The position numbers and the translations under genes are program-made. DNA of 62,997 bases, counting the filler, from Octopus bimaculoides (taxonomy: Eukaryota), in assembly GCF_001194135.2 (NCBI RefSeq). It is 6 parts of 6 records of this genome, joined end to end, with 100 filler letters (N's around TTAATTAATTAA, not from the genome) between each part and the next. Parts side by side here need not be neighbours in the genome. Positions count along the whole stretch, not along the records: positions 45,902 to 53,513 come from NC_069007.1; positions 53,614 to 60,937 come from NC_068988.1; positions 61,038 to 62,997 come from NW_026333673.1; 3 more parts are not named here. One strand, written 5' to 3'. Each line of letters begins with the position of its first letter. Position 1 is the first letter of the stretch. This document shows positions 49,931-61,573 of this stretch, piece after piece. Under the pieces are notes generated by a model. The model did not search any database. It was not told the origin of the DNA and was given only the letters and a program-made list of their open reading frames with translations.

Positions 49931-50641
49931 GTNNNNNNNNNNNNNNNNNNNNNNNNNNNNNNNNNNNNNNNNNNNNNNNNNNNNNNNNNNNNNNNNNNNN
50001 NNNNNNNNNNNNNNNNNNNNNNNNNNNNNNNNNNNNNNNNNNNNNNNNNNNNNNNNNNNNNNNNNNNNNNNNNNNNNNNNNNNNNNNNNNNNNNNNNNNN
50101 NNNNNNNNNNNNNNNNNNNNNNNNNNNNNNNNNNNNNNNNNNNNNNNNNNNNNNNNNNNNNNNNNNNNNNNNNNNNNNNNNNNNNNNNNNNNNNNNNNNN
50201 NNNNNNNNNNNNNNNNNNNNNNNNNNNNNNNNNNNNNNNNNNNNNNNNNNNNNNNNNNNNNNNNNNNNNNNNNNNNNNNNNNNNNNNNNNNNNNNNNNNN
50301 NNNNNNNNNNNNNNNNNNNNNNNNNNNNNNNNNNNNNNNNNNNNNNNNNNNNNNNNNNNNNNNNNNNNNNNNNNNNNNNNNNNNNNNNNNNNNNNNNNNN
50401 NNNNNNNNNNNNNNNNNNNNNNNNNNNNNNNNNNNNNNNNNNNNNNNNNNNNNNNNNNNNNNNNNNNNNNNNNNNNNNNNNNNNNNNNNNNNNNNNNNNN
50501 NNNNNNNNNNNNNNNNNNNNNNNNNNNNNNNNNNNNNNNNNNNNNNNNNNNNNNNNNNNNNNNNNNNNNNNNNNNATATATATATGGCACAAAAACGCAA
50601 TAGAGGACAATAAACCATTCGGACAGATAGATGATAAAATT

Positions 50642-50876
50642 GCAGCGTGGAGGGTGTTTATAAGCCATTTAAAAACCCACAAAAACCGTTAGATTCACTT
50701 CAACAGTTAAATTTAAATTGCGAAAATATTTTCGTCGCTTTGAAACCGCGACCTGTTCACTGACAAAATTCAGTGCTGCATCGAAAAATATTCTGACAAA
50801 TTAAATTTAACTGTTGAAGTGAATCTAACGGCTTTTGTGTGTTTTTTAATGGTTTATAAACACCTTCCACGCTTCA
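50642..50876. mobile_element. Short fold-back element with a central hammerhead motif
   Basis: Arms 50642-50733 and 50782-50876 are reverse complements with a few mismatches. Confidence 0.8.
50718..50766 (-). ncRNA. Minimal type-I hammerhead motif with a G3-C8 core
   Basis: UUGUCA-GUGAACA-G-GUCGC(9)GCGAC-GAA-AAUAUU-U^UCGCAA. Confidence 0.68.
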
Positions 50877-51199
50877 ATTGTTTTTGTTTCAGCACACGAT
50901 CTCAGATGAGGTCATTTACTATGCAAGTACATCTCCGATATATGTATATATATATAAAGTTTCCAAGAGTTCTAAATTTAGCAGAGATGCAGGTTTTGGC
51001 TGTGAGGTTGCTCAATTTGTGTCGAGACCACTTCCCTTCCGTTTCCGTTGCTTTGTGTGGCATCTTCCGCAAGTGTCTTCTAGTATGCAGACTCGCGTTG
51101 ACGAGTGTTTTGTCAGTGAAATTGGTAGACAAAAGCTATGCCGGATGCTGTCATATATGTGTGTTTGTTTTTGTGTGTGCGTGTGTGTGTGTGTATATG

Positions 51200-51345
51200 T
51201 GTATGTGTGGCTTGGTGGTAAGAAGCCTGCTTACCGACTACATGGTTCCGGGTTCAGTCCCACAACAGGGTACCTTGGCCAAGTACCTTCTACTGCAACT
51301 TCTGGCCGCCTGAAGACGTGTGATTGGATTTCGTAGATGGAAACT
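51200..51345 (+). mobile_element. SINE family B 5' half
   Basis: GTGGCTTGGTGGTAAG..CCGGGTTCAGTCCCAC..CCTTGGCCAAG. Confidence 0.7.
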
Positions 51346-51351
51346 GCAATT

Positions 51352-51384
<33 letters not shown>

Positions 51385-51719
51385 GCAGAAGCACATATGT
51401 GCCTGTGAATGTCTACACTGGATAAATTTCTACATCGATTCCCTCTTTTTTTACAACCCAAAGGATTAAAAAGAAAATGTTGATTTGATACACCAAGATC
51501 GATAAAACAAGTATCAGTCTGCAACTCACAATGAGATCAATATAATCGAATGAAACAGTTGAAAGCAAAGACCGAGAATGGCGCCAGAAACTCAGTTTCC
51601 ATTTTTTTCTGGATTCTTTGTTCTCTTCTCTATCCTGCAGCTCACAAATATAATTCATTAACGGGAACACGCGCAAAGTTACGTTAAATTTTTCCGTAAA
51701 GATTCTAGTTGTCTGTTAT

Positions 51720-52165
51720 TTGTTATTTGTATCTTGTTTTAGTCATTTGACTGCGGTCATGCTGGGGCACCGCCGTGAAGGGCTTTTAATTGAATTGAAC
51801 AAATCGACCTTAGTACTTATTTGCTCGTTCTCCTTTGCCGAAGCGCTCAGTTACCAGCACGTCAACACACCAACAGCGGTTGCCAAGCGGTGGTGGGGAA
51901 CAAAGGCACAAACACACAAATGTATGAACTCGAACTCGAAACCGCATGGTTGGGAAGCAAACGTCTTACCACCCAGCCTTACCTGCATCAGATATTCTTT
52001 TCTACTCTAGGCACAAGGCCCGAAATTTGGTAAACTGGTACTTAATTTATCGACCCCGAAAGGATGAAAGGCAAAGTCGACCTCGGCGGAATTTGAACTC
52101 AGAACGTAAAGACAGACGAAATACCGCTAAGCATTTCGTCCGGCGTGCTAACGATTCTGTCAGCT
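51720..52165 (-). mobile_element. SINE B (51720-51975) and SINE A (51985-52165)
   Basis: Reverse complements of the family B tail and head, and of the family A body. Confidence 0.7.
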
Positions 52166-53014
52166 CACCGTCTTTACCTGCATCAGATACTATAACCGCA
52201 TCAGTTTCATATAATGTTTCATATGAAACAGATTTGACTGCTATTTCTCGCAGGCTCAGAGGCCATGTAGAAACAACCTCGTTCGCTATTTAGCGTGGCA
52301 TGAGAAACATTTTGATATATTTGCCAAACATCCTTTCTCTTCGACGCTCTCTCTCTCTCTCTCTCTCTCTGTGTCTTCGAGGCTCTCTGTCTCTCTCTTT
52401 CTTTCTCTCTCGCTCTCTCTTCGGCACTCAAAGATCTTGTGTGTCCAACTTTTCACTTCAGAACTATTGGTGAATAAACATACAGAAATTGGCAATTAAT
52501 GCGACTAAGAGTTTTTCAACTTAATAATGTCTTGTGATCAACCATTTATTCTTGGCTGTGAATGGGTTTAAATTGTTAACTATTTACATTTTCGGTGAGT
52601 ATTTTCGCTAATTGTAGGGCCTTCCGCTAGAATGCGTCTTCTATTAACGCGACAAACGATATATTCCTCAAAAGGGTTTTCTAGAAGTGAAAATTACATG
52701 TGTGTGTGTGTGTGTGTGTGCGTGCGCGTGTGTGTATACGTATAAGTATATATATACATATACATATCTATATGTATGTATATATATGTGTGTGTGTGTG
52801 TGTATGTGAGTGTGTGTGCCTGTGTGTATACGTATAAGTACATATATATATACATATAGATATGTATATGTATGTATGTATATATATGTGTGTGTGTATA
52901 TGTGTGTATGTGTTTGTGTGTTTATAAGTGTGTCAGTGTGTGTATGTATGTATATGCATGTACATACGTATGAGTATATGTATGTGCAGGTACACTTGTA
53001 TGTATGCGTGTATG

Positions 53015-53082
<68 letters not shown>

Positions 53083-53476
53083 CATATATGGGTATAGGAC
53101 GTCACCAACAGTAAACAACATGAAATATGAAAACAAATGATTTCAATATGCAAACAACGAGAGAAACATATGGAAAACTGGACAAGTAACACAAAGAACG
53201 ACCTATCATCAGTTATCGGCTCTCTATCTACTCTTCATTTCGAGTATTAAACGGTAATACACACACACACACACACACACACATACACACACATATATAT
53301 ATATGTATACACACACATATATAAATATATGTATGTATGTATGTATGCACATATATATATATATATATATATATATACATGTCTATGCATGTGTGTGTAC
53401 TTGTGCGTGTATGTGTGTGTTTGTGTATATGTTTACGTGCGTGTGTGTTCGTCTGCGTGTGTGCACGCTTGCACGT

Positions 53477-53513
<37 letters not shown>

Positions 53514-53613
53514 NNNNNNNNNNNNNNNNNNNNNNNNNNNNNNNNNNNNNNNNNNNNTTAATTAATTAANNNNNNNNNNNNNNNNNNNNNNNNNNNNNNN
53601 NNNNNNNNNNNNN

Positions 53614-53648
<35 letters not shown>

Positions 53649-53649
53649 T

Positions 53650-54080
53650 ATATCTTTTATTTCCTGTTACTTACTTCAGTCATTTGACTGTGGTCATGCT
53701 GGAGCACTGCCTTTAGTCGAACAAATCGACCCCAGGACTTGTTCTTTGTAAGCCTCTTACTTATTCTATCGGGCTCTTTTGCCGAGCCGCTAAGTTACGG
53801 GGACGTAAACACACTAGCATCGGTTGTCAAGCGATAGTGGGGGTTCAAACACAGACACACAAATACACACGCACACACACACACACAAATATATATACAT
53901 ATAAACATACACACATACACACACACACATATATGCGTGTGAGCGCGCGTGTGTTTGTATGTCTGTGTTTGTCACCTCTACATCCCTTGACAACCGACGC
54001 TGGTATTTACGTCCCCGGAAGCTAGAATAAGTACCCCATCATGGCCGCAGTCAAATGATTGAAGCAAGTAAAAAATTAAA
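53650..54080. mobile_element. Inverted pair of SINE B 3' halves (53650-53850 minus, 53960-54080 plus)
   Basis: GGGGACGTAAACACACTAGCATCGGTTGTCAAG vs CTTGACAACCGACGCTGGTATTTACGTCCCC; CAGTCATTTGACTG vs CAGTCAAATGATTG. Confidence 0.7.
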
Positions 54081-54101
54081 AGGGGCTGAAGTATTAGAGA
54101 A

Positions 54102-54170
<69 letters not shown>

Positions 54171-54171
54171 T

Positions 54172-54219
<48 letters not shown>

Positions 54220-54236
54220 TACGTGCACTCTTTTTA

Positions 54237-54278
<42 letters not shown>

Positions 54279-55869
54279 GAGTGAAAGGAAGAGGGAGAGC
54301 GAGTGAGAGAGAGACCGGGAGACAGACAGAACAAACAAGCAGGCAGAATACCTTAGCCAGACAACAGTTGCTGACCCTCGACACACCTGGCCTGCAATAC
54401 GTGCAATAATCTACTGCTAACATGTGTGGACATAACAGCTGCTGTAGTGCTACACACGAATATACTGGGTCGCATCTTTAAAATAGGCCAGCTGGTTGAC
54501 TGGGAAAAAAAAGGTTCGCTGAACAAAACACCGTATAACCACTGGCTGATTGAAAGACCTACACTCACTGCTAGCTATCAATTACGGGTGCGCGCGCGTG
54601 TGTGCTTGTGTTTGTGTGCGCATGTGAGCGTTTATATATATCTACGTATGAATATATGTGAGCCAACACATACGCGAGCACGCACGGACACACGCACGCG
54701 AACTCCTTCGCAGACATACACACATATACGCGCTCACCCATGCATGAATTAGCTGAATGGTGATGTACATTTTGACGCTTATATATGTATAGTTAGCACA
54801 TAAATCGATCCTCGGTAGCTTAAGCTTTTTTTTTAAATTTACAAGTGTGAGTACATATAGATATTAACATAGTTATATATACATGTATATATACGTATAT
54901 ATATATATATATATATATATATNNNNNNNNNNNNNNNNNNNNNNNNNNNNNNNNNNNNNNNNNNNNNNNNNNNNNNNNNNNNNNNNNNNNNNNNNNNNNN
55001 NNNNNNNNNNNNNNNNNNNNNNNNNNNNNNNNNNNNNNNNNNNNNNNNNNNNNNNNNNNNNNNNNNNNNNNNNNNNNNNNNNNNNNNNNNNNNNNNNNNN
55101 NNNNNNNNNNNNNNNNNNNNNNNNNNNNNNNNNNNNNNNNNNNNNNNNNNNNNNNNNNNNNNNNNNNNNNNNNNNNNNNNNNNNNNNNNNNNNNNNNNNN
55201 NNNNNNNNNNNNNNNNNNNNNNNNNNNNNNNNNNNNNNNNNNNNNNNNNNNNNNNNNNNNNNNNNNNNNNNNNNNNNNNNNNNNNNNNNNNNNNNNNNNN
55301 NNNNNNNNNNNNNNNNNNNNNNNNNNNNNNNNNNNNNNNNNNNNNNNNNNNNNNNNNNNNNNNNNNNNNNNNNNNNNNNNNNNNNNNNNNNNNNNNNNNN
55401 NNNNNNNNNNNNNNNNNNNNNNNNNNNNNNNNNNNNNNNNNNNNNNNNNNNNNNNNNNNNNNNNNNNNNNNNNNNNNNNNNNNNNNNNNNNNNNNNNNNN
55501 NNNNNNNNNNNNNNNNNNNNNNNNNNNNNNNNNNNNNNNNNNNNNNNNNNNNNNNNNNNNNNNNNNNNNNNNNNNNNNNNNNNNNNNNNNNNNNNNNNNN
55601 NNNNNNNNNNNNNNNNNNNNNNNNNNNNNNNNNNNNNNNNNNNNNNNNNNNNNNNNNNNNNNNNNNNNNNNNNNNNNNNNNNNNNNNNNNNNNNNNNNNN
55701 NNNNNNNNNNNNNNNNNNNNNNNNNNNNNNNNNNNNNNNNNNNNNNNNNNNNNNNNNNNNNNNNNNNNNNNNNNNNNNNNNNNNNNNNNNNNNNNNNNNN
55801 NNNNNNNNNNNNNNNNNNNNNNNNNNNNNNNTGTTTGTGTGTGTTTGTGTGTGTGTTTCTGTACCCGTG

Positions 55870-56345
55870 CCTTAACGGTTCGGCAAAAGAGATTGATGGA
55901 ATAAGTACTAAGCTTATAAAGAATAAGTCCTGGGGTCGATTTGCTCGACTAAAGGCGGTGCTCCAGTATGGTCGCAGTCAAATGACTGAAACAAGTAAAA
56001 GAATAAAAGTATAAAAAGAATATATATATATATGCATATACCCACACACAAAAGCATATATATGTGTGTATGTCTGTGCGCGCGCGTGTATGCGTGTGTA
56101 AGTCGGTGCTTATAAACACTCACACAAGATAAGTTTTTTATATCAGGTTAGAGATTAGAGATTGAAATTAGTTGGGCCTGGATAGGTAAGGATGTACATT
56201 TTGCTAGGTGTACATGTGTATGTATATATGTAGATGTATATAGACCGGTAGAATAAGTACTAGGCTTACAAAGAATAAGTCCTGGAGTCGATTTCTTTGA
56301 CTAAAGGCGGTGCTCCAGCACGGCCGCAGTCAAATGACTGAACCG
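55870..56345 (+). mobile_element. Two SINE B 3' tails (55870-56010, 56245-56345)
   Basis: GAATAAGTACT..AAGAATAAGTCCTGG.GTCGATT..GACTAAAGGCGGTGCTCCAG..CAGTCAAATGACTGAA occurs twice. Confidence 0.75.
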
Positions 56346-56920
56346 TCTAAACGAATATATATATACGTATCTATCTGTATCTATCCATCTGTGTGTATGT
56401 GTGTGTGTGTATTGTATTTTATATACCCTTTCCCCTTGTATATATATCAAGTGGTTATTAAATATCTAAAGTGAAATATGGCATTTTTATTGCTTCTCCA
56501 GACATAAACAATATTATTGAACACCAGGACAACAAGTGAGCCTTTATATAGTTCTCCCATATACTAGACATAACAGCTACATCAAACTCAACTTTCAACT
56601 TATTGTACTGGATAAGAAAAAGGCACATCAAATAATATAATCAGGGGTTTTCATACAATGAGAACAATCCAACCTTTTATTTAAACAGACTCTATATCAG
56701 GAACACCGTCACAAACACCATGGCAAGAACAAAAATTAATAGCCAACCCAATAATCTCAAGGTCAGCGGTTCTCAGCCATTTTTTACCTATGGATCCCTT
56801 TAATTACAATTTTGTTCTGGTGGGCCCCCACATCCATTTTATGTTTAAACACTAGTTACTTCTTTCAAAATTCCTATTTTGTTTTTCACGCGTTCAATGT
56901 GTAGGTTTGTAAGAACACTC

Positions 56921-57657
56921 GGATCTATTTCAAAACGGGGGCACCAGTATTTTCTTAACGAAACACTAACGAAACACTTTGAAACTTGGGGCACTGGTAG
57001 AATGTGTCATATAAAACATCTTTTACTCTTAGTCTTCTTAACAAAAAAATGTACATCGCAAGTTATTCCATGTTAAAGTTGTCGTATTTCTGTAATTTCA
57101 ACCAATCACTGACGTCTATTCAGCTGAATAGAGTTACTGCTGGGCGGTCATAAAAATGTTATTCCCTGTGACATATTTCATCCGGTTTAATCGTAATTTA
57201 TACGCATATATTGTTTATATAATAAATTACGCTGTGCGTATCTATGTGTGTNNNNNNNNNNNNNNNNNNNNNNNNNNNNNNNNNNNNNNNNNNNNNNNNN
57301 TGTAACAATTTTAGAGTTCGGATTCTAGAGTTAGGGTTAGTTTTAGGGTTAGGGTTAGGGTTAGGGTTAACAGTCTAGTTAGGGTTAGGGTTAACAGTCT
57401 AGTTAGGGTTAGGGTTAGGGGATTAATACGATATACACCGTTACAGCGCTAACTGTTTTCAACTGAATAGACGTCAGTGATTAGTAGAAATTATCGAAAT
57501 AAGACAATTTTTTACATGAAATAAATTCGAATACAAAAATTTTTTTCTGTTCTATAACACAAAATAGATAAGTATACGAAGTTTGAAAGTCTTTCGGTAC
57601 CAAAAACACTACATAAAATATAAATGAAAACTGGTGCCCCCGTTTTGAAATAGATCC
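56921..57657. mobile_element. Inner non-autonomous DNA transposon with 28-bp TIRs and perfect 8-bp TSD (Merlin-like)
   Basis: GGATCTATTTCAAAACGGGGGCACCAGT / ACTGGTGCCCCCGTTTTGAAATAGATCC; TSD GAACACTC at 56913-56920 and 57658-57665; 5'-GG plus an 8-bp TSD fits Merlin, but hAT or P are not excluded. Confidence 0.8.
57331..57420 (+). repeat. Interstitial telomeric (TTAGGG)n tract
   Basis: Four perfect units at 57343-57366; a 24-bp higher-order unit TTAGGGTTAGGGTTAACAGTCTAG occurs twice. Confidence 0.9.
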
Positions 57658-58342
57658 GAACACTCTCCGAGAAAACATGTTTCAGTAGTTAGAAACGTGT
57701 TCGTTAAATAATCCTCGATTCGCCCTCTGCTTTGTATATTATACTCTCAAATAGAGTCTGTTTAAATAAAAGGTTCGATTGTTCTCATTACAACGGCTAC
57801 TACTTTCAATTAATCAAAAGTTTCAGGTTACTAATTACTCATGCTAACGACCACATTACTCTGATGTTTCGATGAAGCGGACATCCCTACGTTTTTTCCT
57901 TTTCTATTTTATTTTGTCTTTCTTTCAATACACAACATTCGTCCTATATCATCCTCTAGTCATTCCAAGATCTATCTCTTACTGATAAGCAATGTTTCGC
58001 TGAGAAGGTCTAATAAAGCCGTACAGGTGATTTGTTTATAAGCAGTGCCACTCAACCATTTATTTACTTTTTGATTCCATTTTTTAAACTCGGGTGGACC
58101 CTTATGGCCATGTGATGTTAAATACTGACCACTGTCAATCGATACCATCTTCGTCCTAACTCCTCCCATTTATACTAATTTATCCATTGTCTCTTATATT
58201 GAACAGAATATTATTTAAATCCAAGGTAACACCGTTACATTTACGGTTTGAATAAGCCACTTCATGAAACATTGGAGTCACCATTATTAAAATCATTTAA
58301 AACATCAGACTGTGCATTGCTAATGAGTACTTTATTTAGTTA

Positions 58343-59501
58343 TTAGGCTGTAAGGTATGAAATTTGTAGTAAGGTATATGGTAAACTTTGACAGCTGCTC
58401 ATTTTGCGCCAATATTATATTTTGACAATCTTTATTTTTTGTTAGAAAGTTGACACATCTATTTCTTTATTCTAACTCCTTTTGCACTTTATAAAGTATT
58501 TATAAATCGTTTTTTGCTATTTTTGTTTAGAGATGGATAAGTCGGAAATTCGTACAGTTTTGAAATATGAGTTCTTTCTTGGAAATACAGCATCATGGAC
58601 AGCTCGGAATATTAATGGAGTATTTAATTCTAATGTTATTACATAGCAGACAGTATCAAATTGGTTTGCAAAATTTCGTTCTGGTAACTTTGACTTCACA
58701 AATGAGCAACGTGTTCAACCGGAAACTAAGGTGGATAATGACGAACTGAAAGCCACTGTTGAGTCAGATTCCTGCCCGTGAATTATCGTTGTTGTTTGGT
58801 GGTAGCAAACAGACAATATTGACTCACCTGGTTCAAATCGGGAAAGTGAAAAAGTTGGATAAGTGGGTTCCACATGAACTCAATGAAAATCAGAAACAGC
58901 AACGTTTGGAAGCCTGCATTTTGCTACTTTCTCGTCCCAAAAACGAATAATCTTTTAATTGAATTGTAACATGTGATGAGAAATGGATCCAATACAACAA
59001 CCGTAAACATTCAGCACAATGGTTGAACAATGACGAGCCACCAAAACACAGTCCAAAAGCAAAATTCATCAAAATCAGCTGATGGTGTGTGTTTGGTGGT
59101 CTGGTGCAGGTGTGGTCCATTATGATTTCATTAAATCTGGCTCATCAATCACGGCTGAAGTATACTGCAACTGGACCAAATGATGCAGAAACAGCTTAGA
59201 TTAGTCAATAGATCCACTCCTACTGCAAGAGAACGCCAAACCATACATCGCAAAAATGACATTGGTGAGACTACAGGAGTTGGAGTTGGAAGTTCTCCGT
59301 CATCCACCATACTCGCCTGATCTTGCCCCCACTGACTACCACTTCTTCCAGAATTTGGATAACTTTTTGATAGGTAAAAAGTATAATTCTGACGATGCTG
59401 TAAAACAGGCCTTCCAAGATTTTATTGACTCTAGATTGCCAGGATTTTACAGTTTCGGACTGAACAAGCTACCGCTGAAATGGCAAAAGTATATTGACTA
59501 G
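58343..59501 (+). mobile_element. Mariner transposon fossil
   Basis: TA-TTAGGCTGTAAGGTATGAAATT left TIR; ATG 58533 MDKSEIR; WVPHEL, TCDEKWI, YSPDLAPTDYHFF; stops and frameshifts; right TIR not seen. Confidence 0.92.
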
Positions 59502-59519
59502 ATTTCCACATATAACCGA

Positions 59520-60740
59520 TGAAATCGACCTCCATTTATTCTGAATGTGTCTTTCAGCTGTGTTACATTTCGGGGGTTTTTCTCCTCAATCTTCCTTTTC
59601 AAAACACCCCACAGATGTTCTATTGGGTTTAAATCAAGTGACACACGGTAGGCCAAGACAATGCCTTTATCTTTTTATCTGATAAAAACTTAGTTGTCAT
59701 CTTTGAAGTGTGTTTAGGATCATTATTATGTTGGAACTTGGAATGTCTTCTTAGTTCGTTGATGCTTTTCAACATTGTTTTCTGCAATGTCACAATAAAA
59801 CCTTGAATCCATTGTTCCCTCAATAAATGTGAGTCCTCCCACACCAGCCACACTCATGCATCCCCAAAGCATAACACTTCCGCCGCCGTGTTTCACGCTT
59901 GGCACAGTGCATTTGTCGCTATTATCTTCACTTGGACGTCACCATACTCGTTTAATACCTTCTGACCTAAACAAGTTGATTTTAGTCTCGTCAGAAGAAA
60001 GAATTTGGTTTCAAAACTCCTTCCCCTTACTCACATAGGTTTCTGAAAAAAAAAAAAAAAAGACGACTTGATTTATACTTGGTGGTGAGGAGAGGCTTCC
60101 TACGAGGAATGCCTGCATGAAGACGACCACACTGGTTCAAACTTCGGCGAACTGTTTGGGCGGATATACTCTTTCCACTAACAGAAGGCACTTCCTGCAC
60201 CAAAGATGAAGCGGTACGACGCTTGTCGTCCATCACACAACGTTGGATGCGGCGAATGTCACGCGCAGTTAAAATAGAAGGACGACCTGGGCAGCGTTTA
60301 TTGCGCAGCCGTCCAGTAGCTTTGTACTTTCTGAATTACGTCTCCCCCTCGCAAACATAAGGACACAGTAATTGTGTCAAGGCCGACAGGAAGCGGTCCA
60401 GCTTCCTGGGGCTAAACAGCAGTAGTATATTCCCTTATTGGGATTGTCACNNNNNNNNNNCAAGGCCGACAGGAAGCGGTCCAGCTTCCTGGGGCTAAAC
60501 AGCAGTAGTATATTCCCTTATTGGGATTGTCACATTAAGTTGACAATATACAACAACTTTATCGCATCACTGCTGCTTAAATCTCTCTGAGAGATTTAGA
60601 AATATGATATTTCAAATTTTGGCAATTGTGTTCGCGCTAATATGTATTCGTTTGCTAATTAACTTGTATCCTAAACCATTTTTGTGCAAATTAAAAATAA
60701 TTTTCTTCAAATCTTCGGGCATCTCTTTTCCTTTTGGTGC
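59520..60740 (-). mobile_element. Tc1 transposon fossil with an insertion at 60340-60617
   Basis: MAPKGKE..GLGYKLIS, GRP, RRKPLL, SDETK, VKHGGGSVMLWGC, DPKHTS, DLNPIEHLW. Confidence 0.92.
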
Positions 60741-61407
60741 CATTTTAATCACAACGAAGAAGATTTTCACCGCGGTACACAAATGAGAGTTCCTGCAGAT
60801 GCAATAACAACGACCGGTGCAAAATTGTAAGAAGAAATAATTGATTAGAATTATAATTATCAGCAATACTCTCTCTTTTACTCTCTTTTACTTGTCTCAG
60901 CCATTTGACTGTGGCCATGCTGCAGCACCACCTTTACNNNNNNNNNNNNNNNNNNNNNNNNNNNNNNNNNNNNNNNNNNNNTTAATTAATTAANNNNNNN
61001 NNNNNNNNNNNNNNNNNNNNNNNNNNNNNNNNNNNNNTAGCATGGAAAGCGGACGTTAAACGATGATGATGATGATAATATATATATGTATGTATGTGTG
61101 TGTAGAGGGTTGAAAAGTAACACACGAGATGATATGTATAAGGAAAATAAGCCAAGGTAGAAAATGCTAAAATAATTTTATCATGAAGAACATTTTAGTC
61201 GTAATTCTTCTATTTATTGTTTTATTCTTTATAATCTGTGAATTTCCCTGTCGAGAACTTTCAAACACACTCACCTTGTCTCTGATGACGAAATACCCAG
61301 GGTATGGACATGCTAACCTATTATCATTTCGGGATATTCCAGAAACAGCAGTAAGACTTCAAATTCACCTTACCATCATCATCATCATCATCATCATCAC
61401 CAGTGCA

Positions 61408-61573
61408 GTCTGACTGGTACCCATGCCGGTGGAACGTAAAAAGCATAATTCGAGCGTGGCTGATGCCAGAGCCGGTGGAACGTAAAAAGCATAATTCGAG
61501 CGTGGCTGATGCCAGAGCCGGTCTGACTGGCACCTGTGCCGGTGGAACGTAAAAAGCATAATTCGAGCGTGGC
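61408..61573 (+). repeat. 46/67-bp minisatellite running into a ~900-N gap
   Basis: Unit GCCGGTGGAACGTAAAAAGCATAATTCGAGCGTGGCTGATGCCAGA at 61425, 61471 and 61538, with an optional 21-bp block. Confidence 0.85.

Larger units (their letters stand above)
56658..57789. mobile_element. Outer TIR element (39-bp inverted termini)
   Basis: AATGAGAACAATCCAACCTTTTATTTAAACAGACTCTAT vs ATAGAGTCTGTTTAAATAAAAGGTTCGATTGTTCTCATT (1 mismatch); TSD unresolved. Confidence 0.65.

Noticed and set aside
57972-58169. Complex-looking short ORFs (also 54426-54580 and 36890-37156) as host exons
   Set aside because: I could not assign a family or a consistent splice structure; they are most likely decayed transposon pieces, and 36930-37250 may be L1/Tx1 ORF2.
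60378-60533. Exact 73-bp direct repeat
   Set aside because: The copies are identical and separated by exactly 10 N, the typical unmerged contig-end overlap.
9786-60993. Five identical TTAATTAATTAA words as a dispersed regulatory motif or repeat
   Set aside because: Each sits in the centre of 44N+12+44N; it is a synthetic all-frame-stop scaffold linker. It also means neighbourhood across these points is not evidence of linkage.
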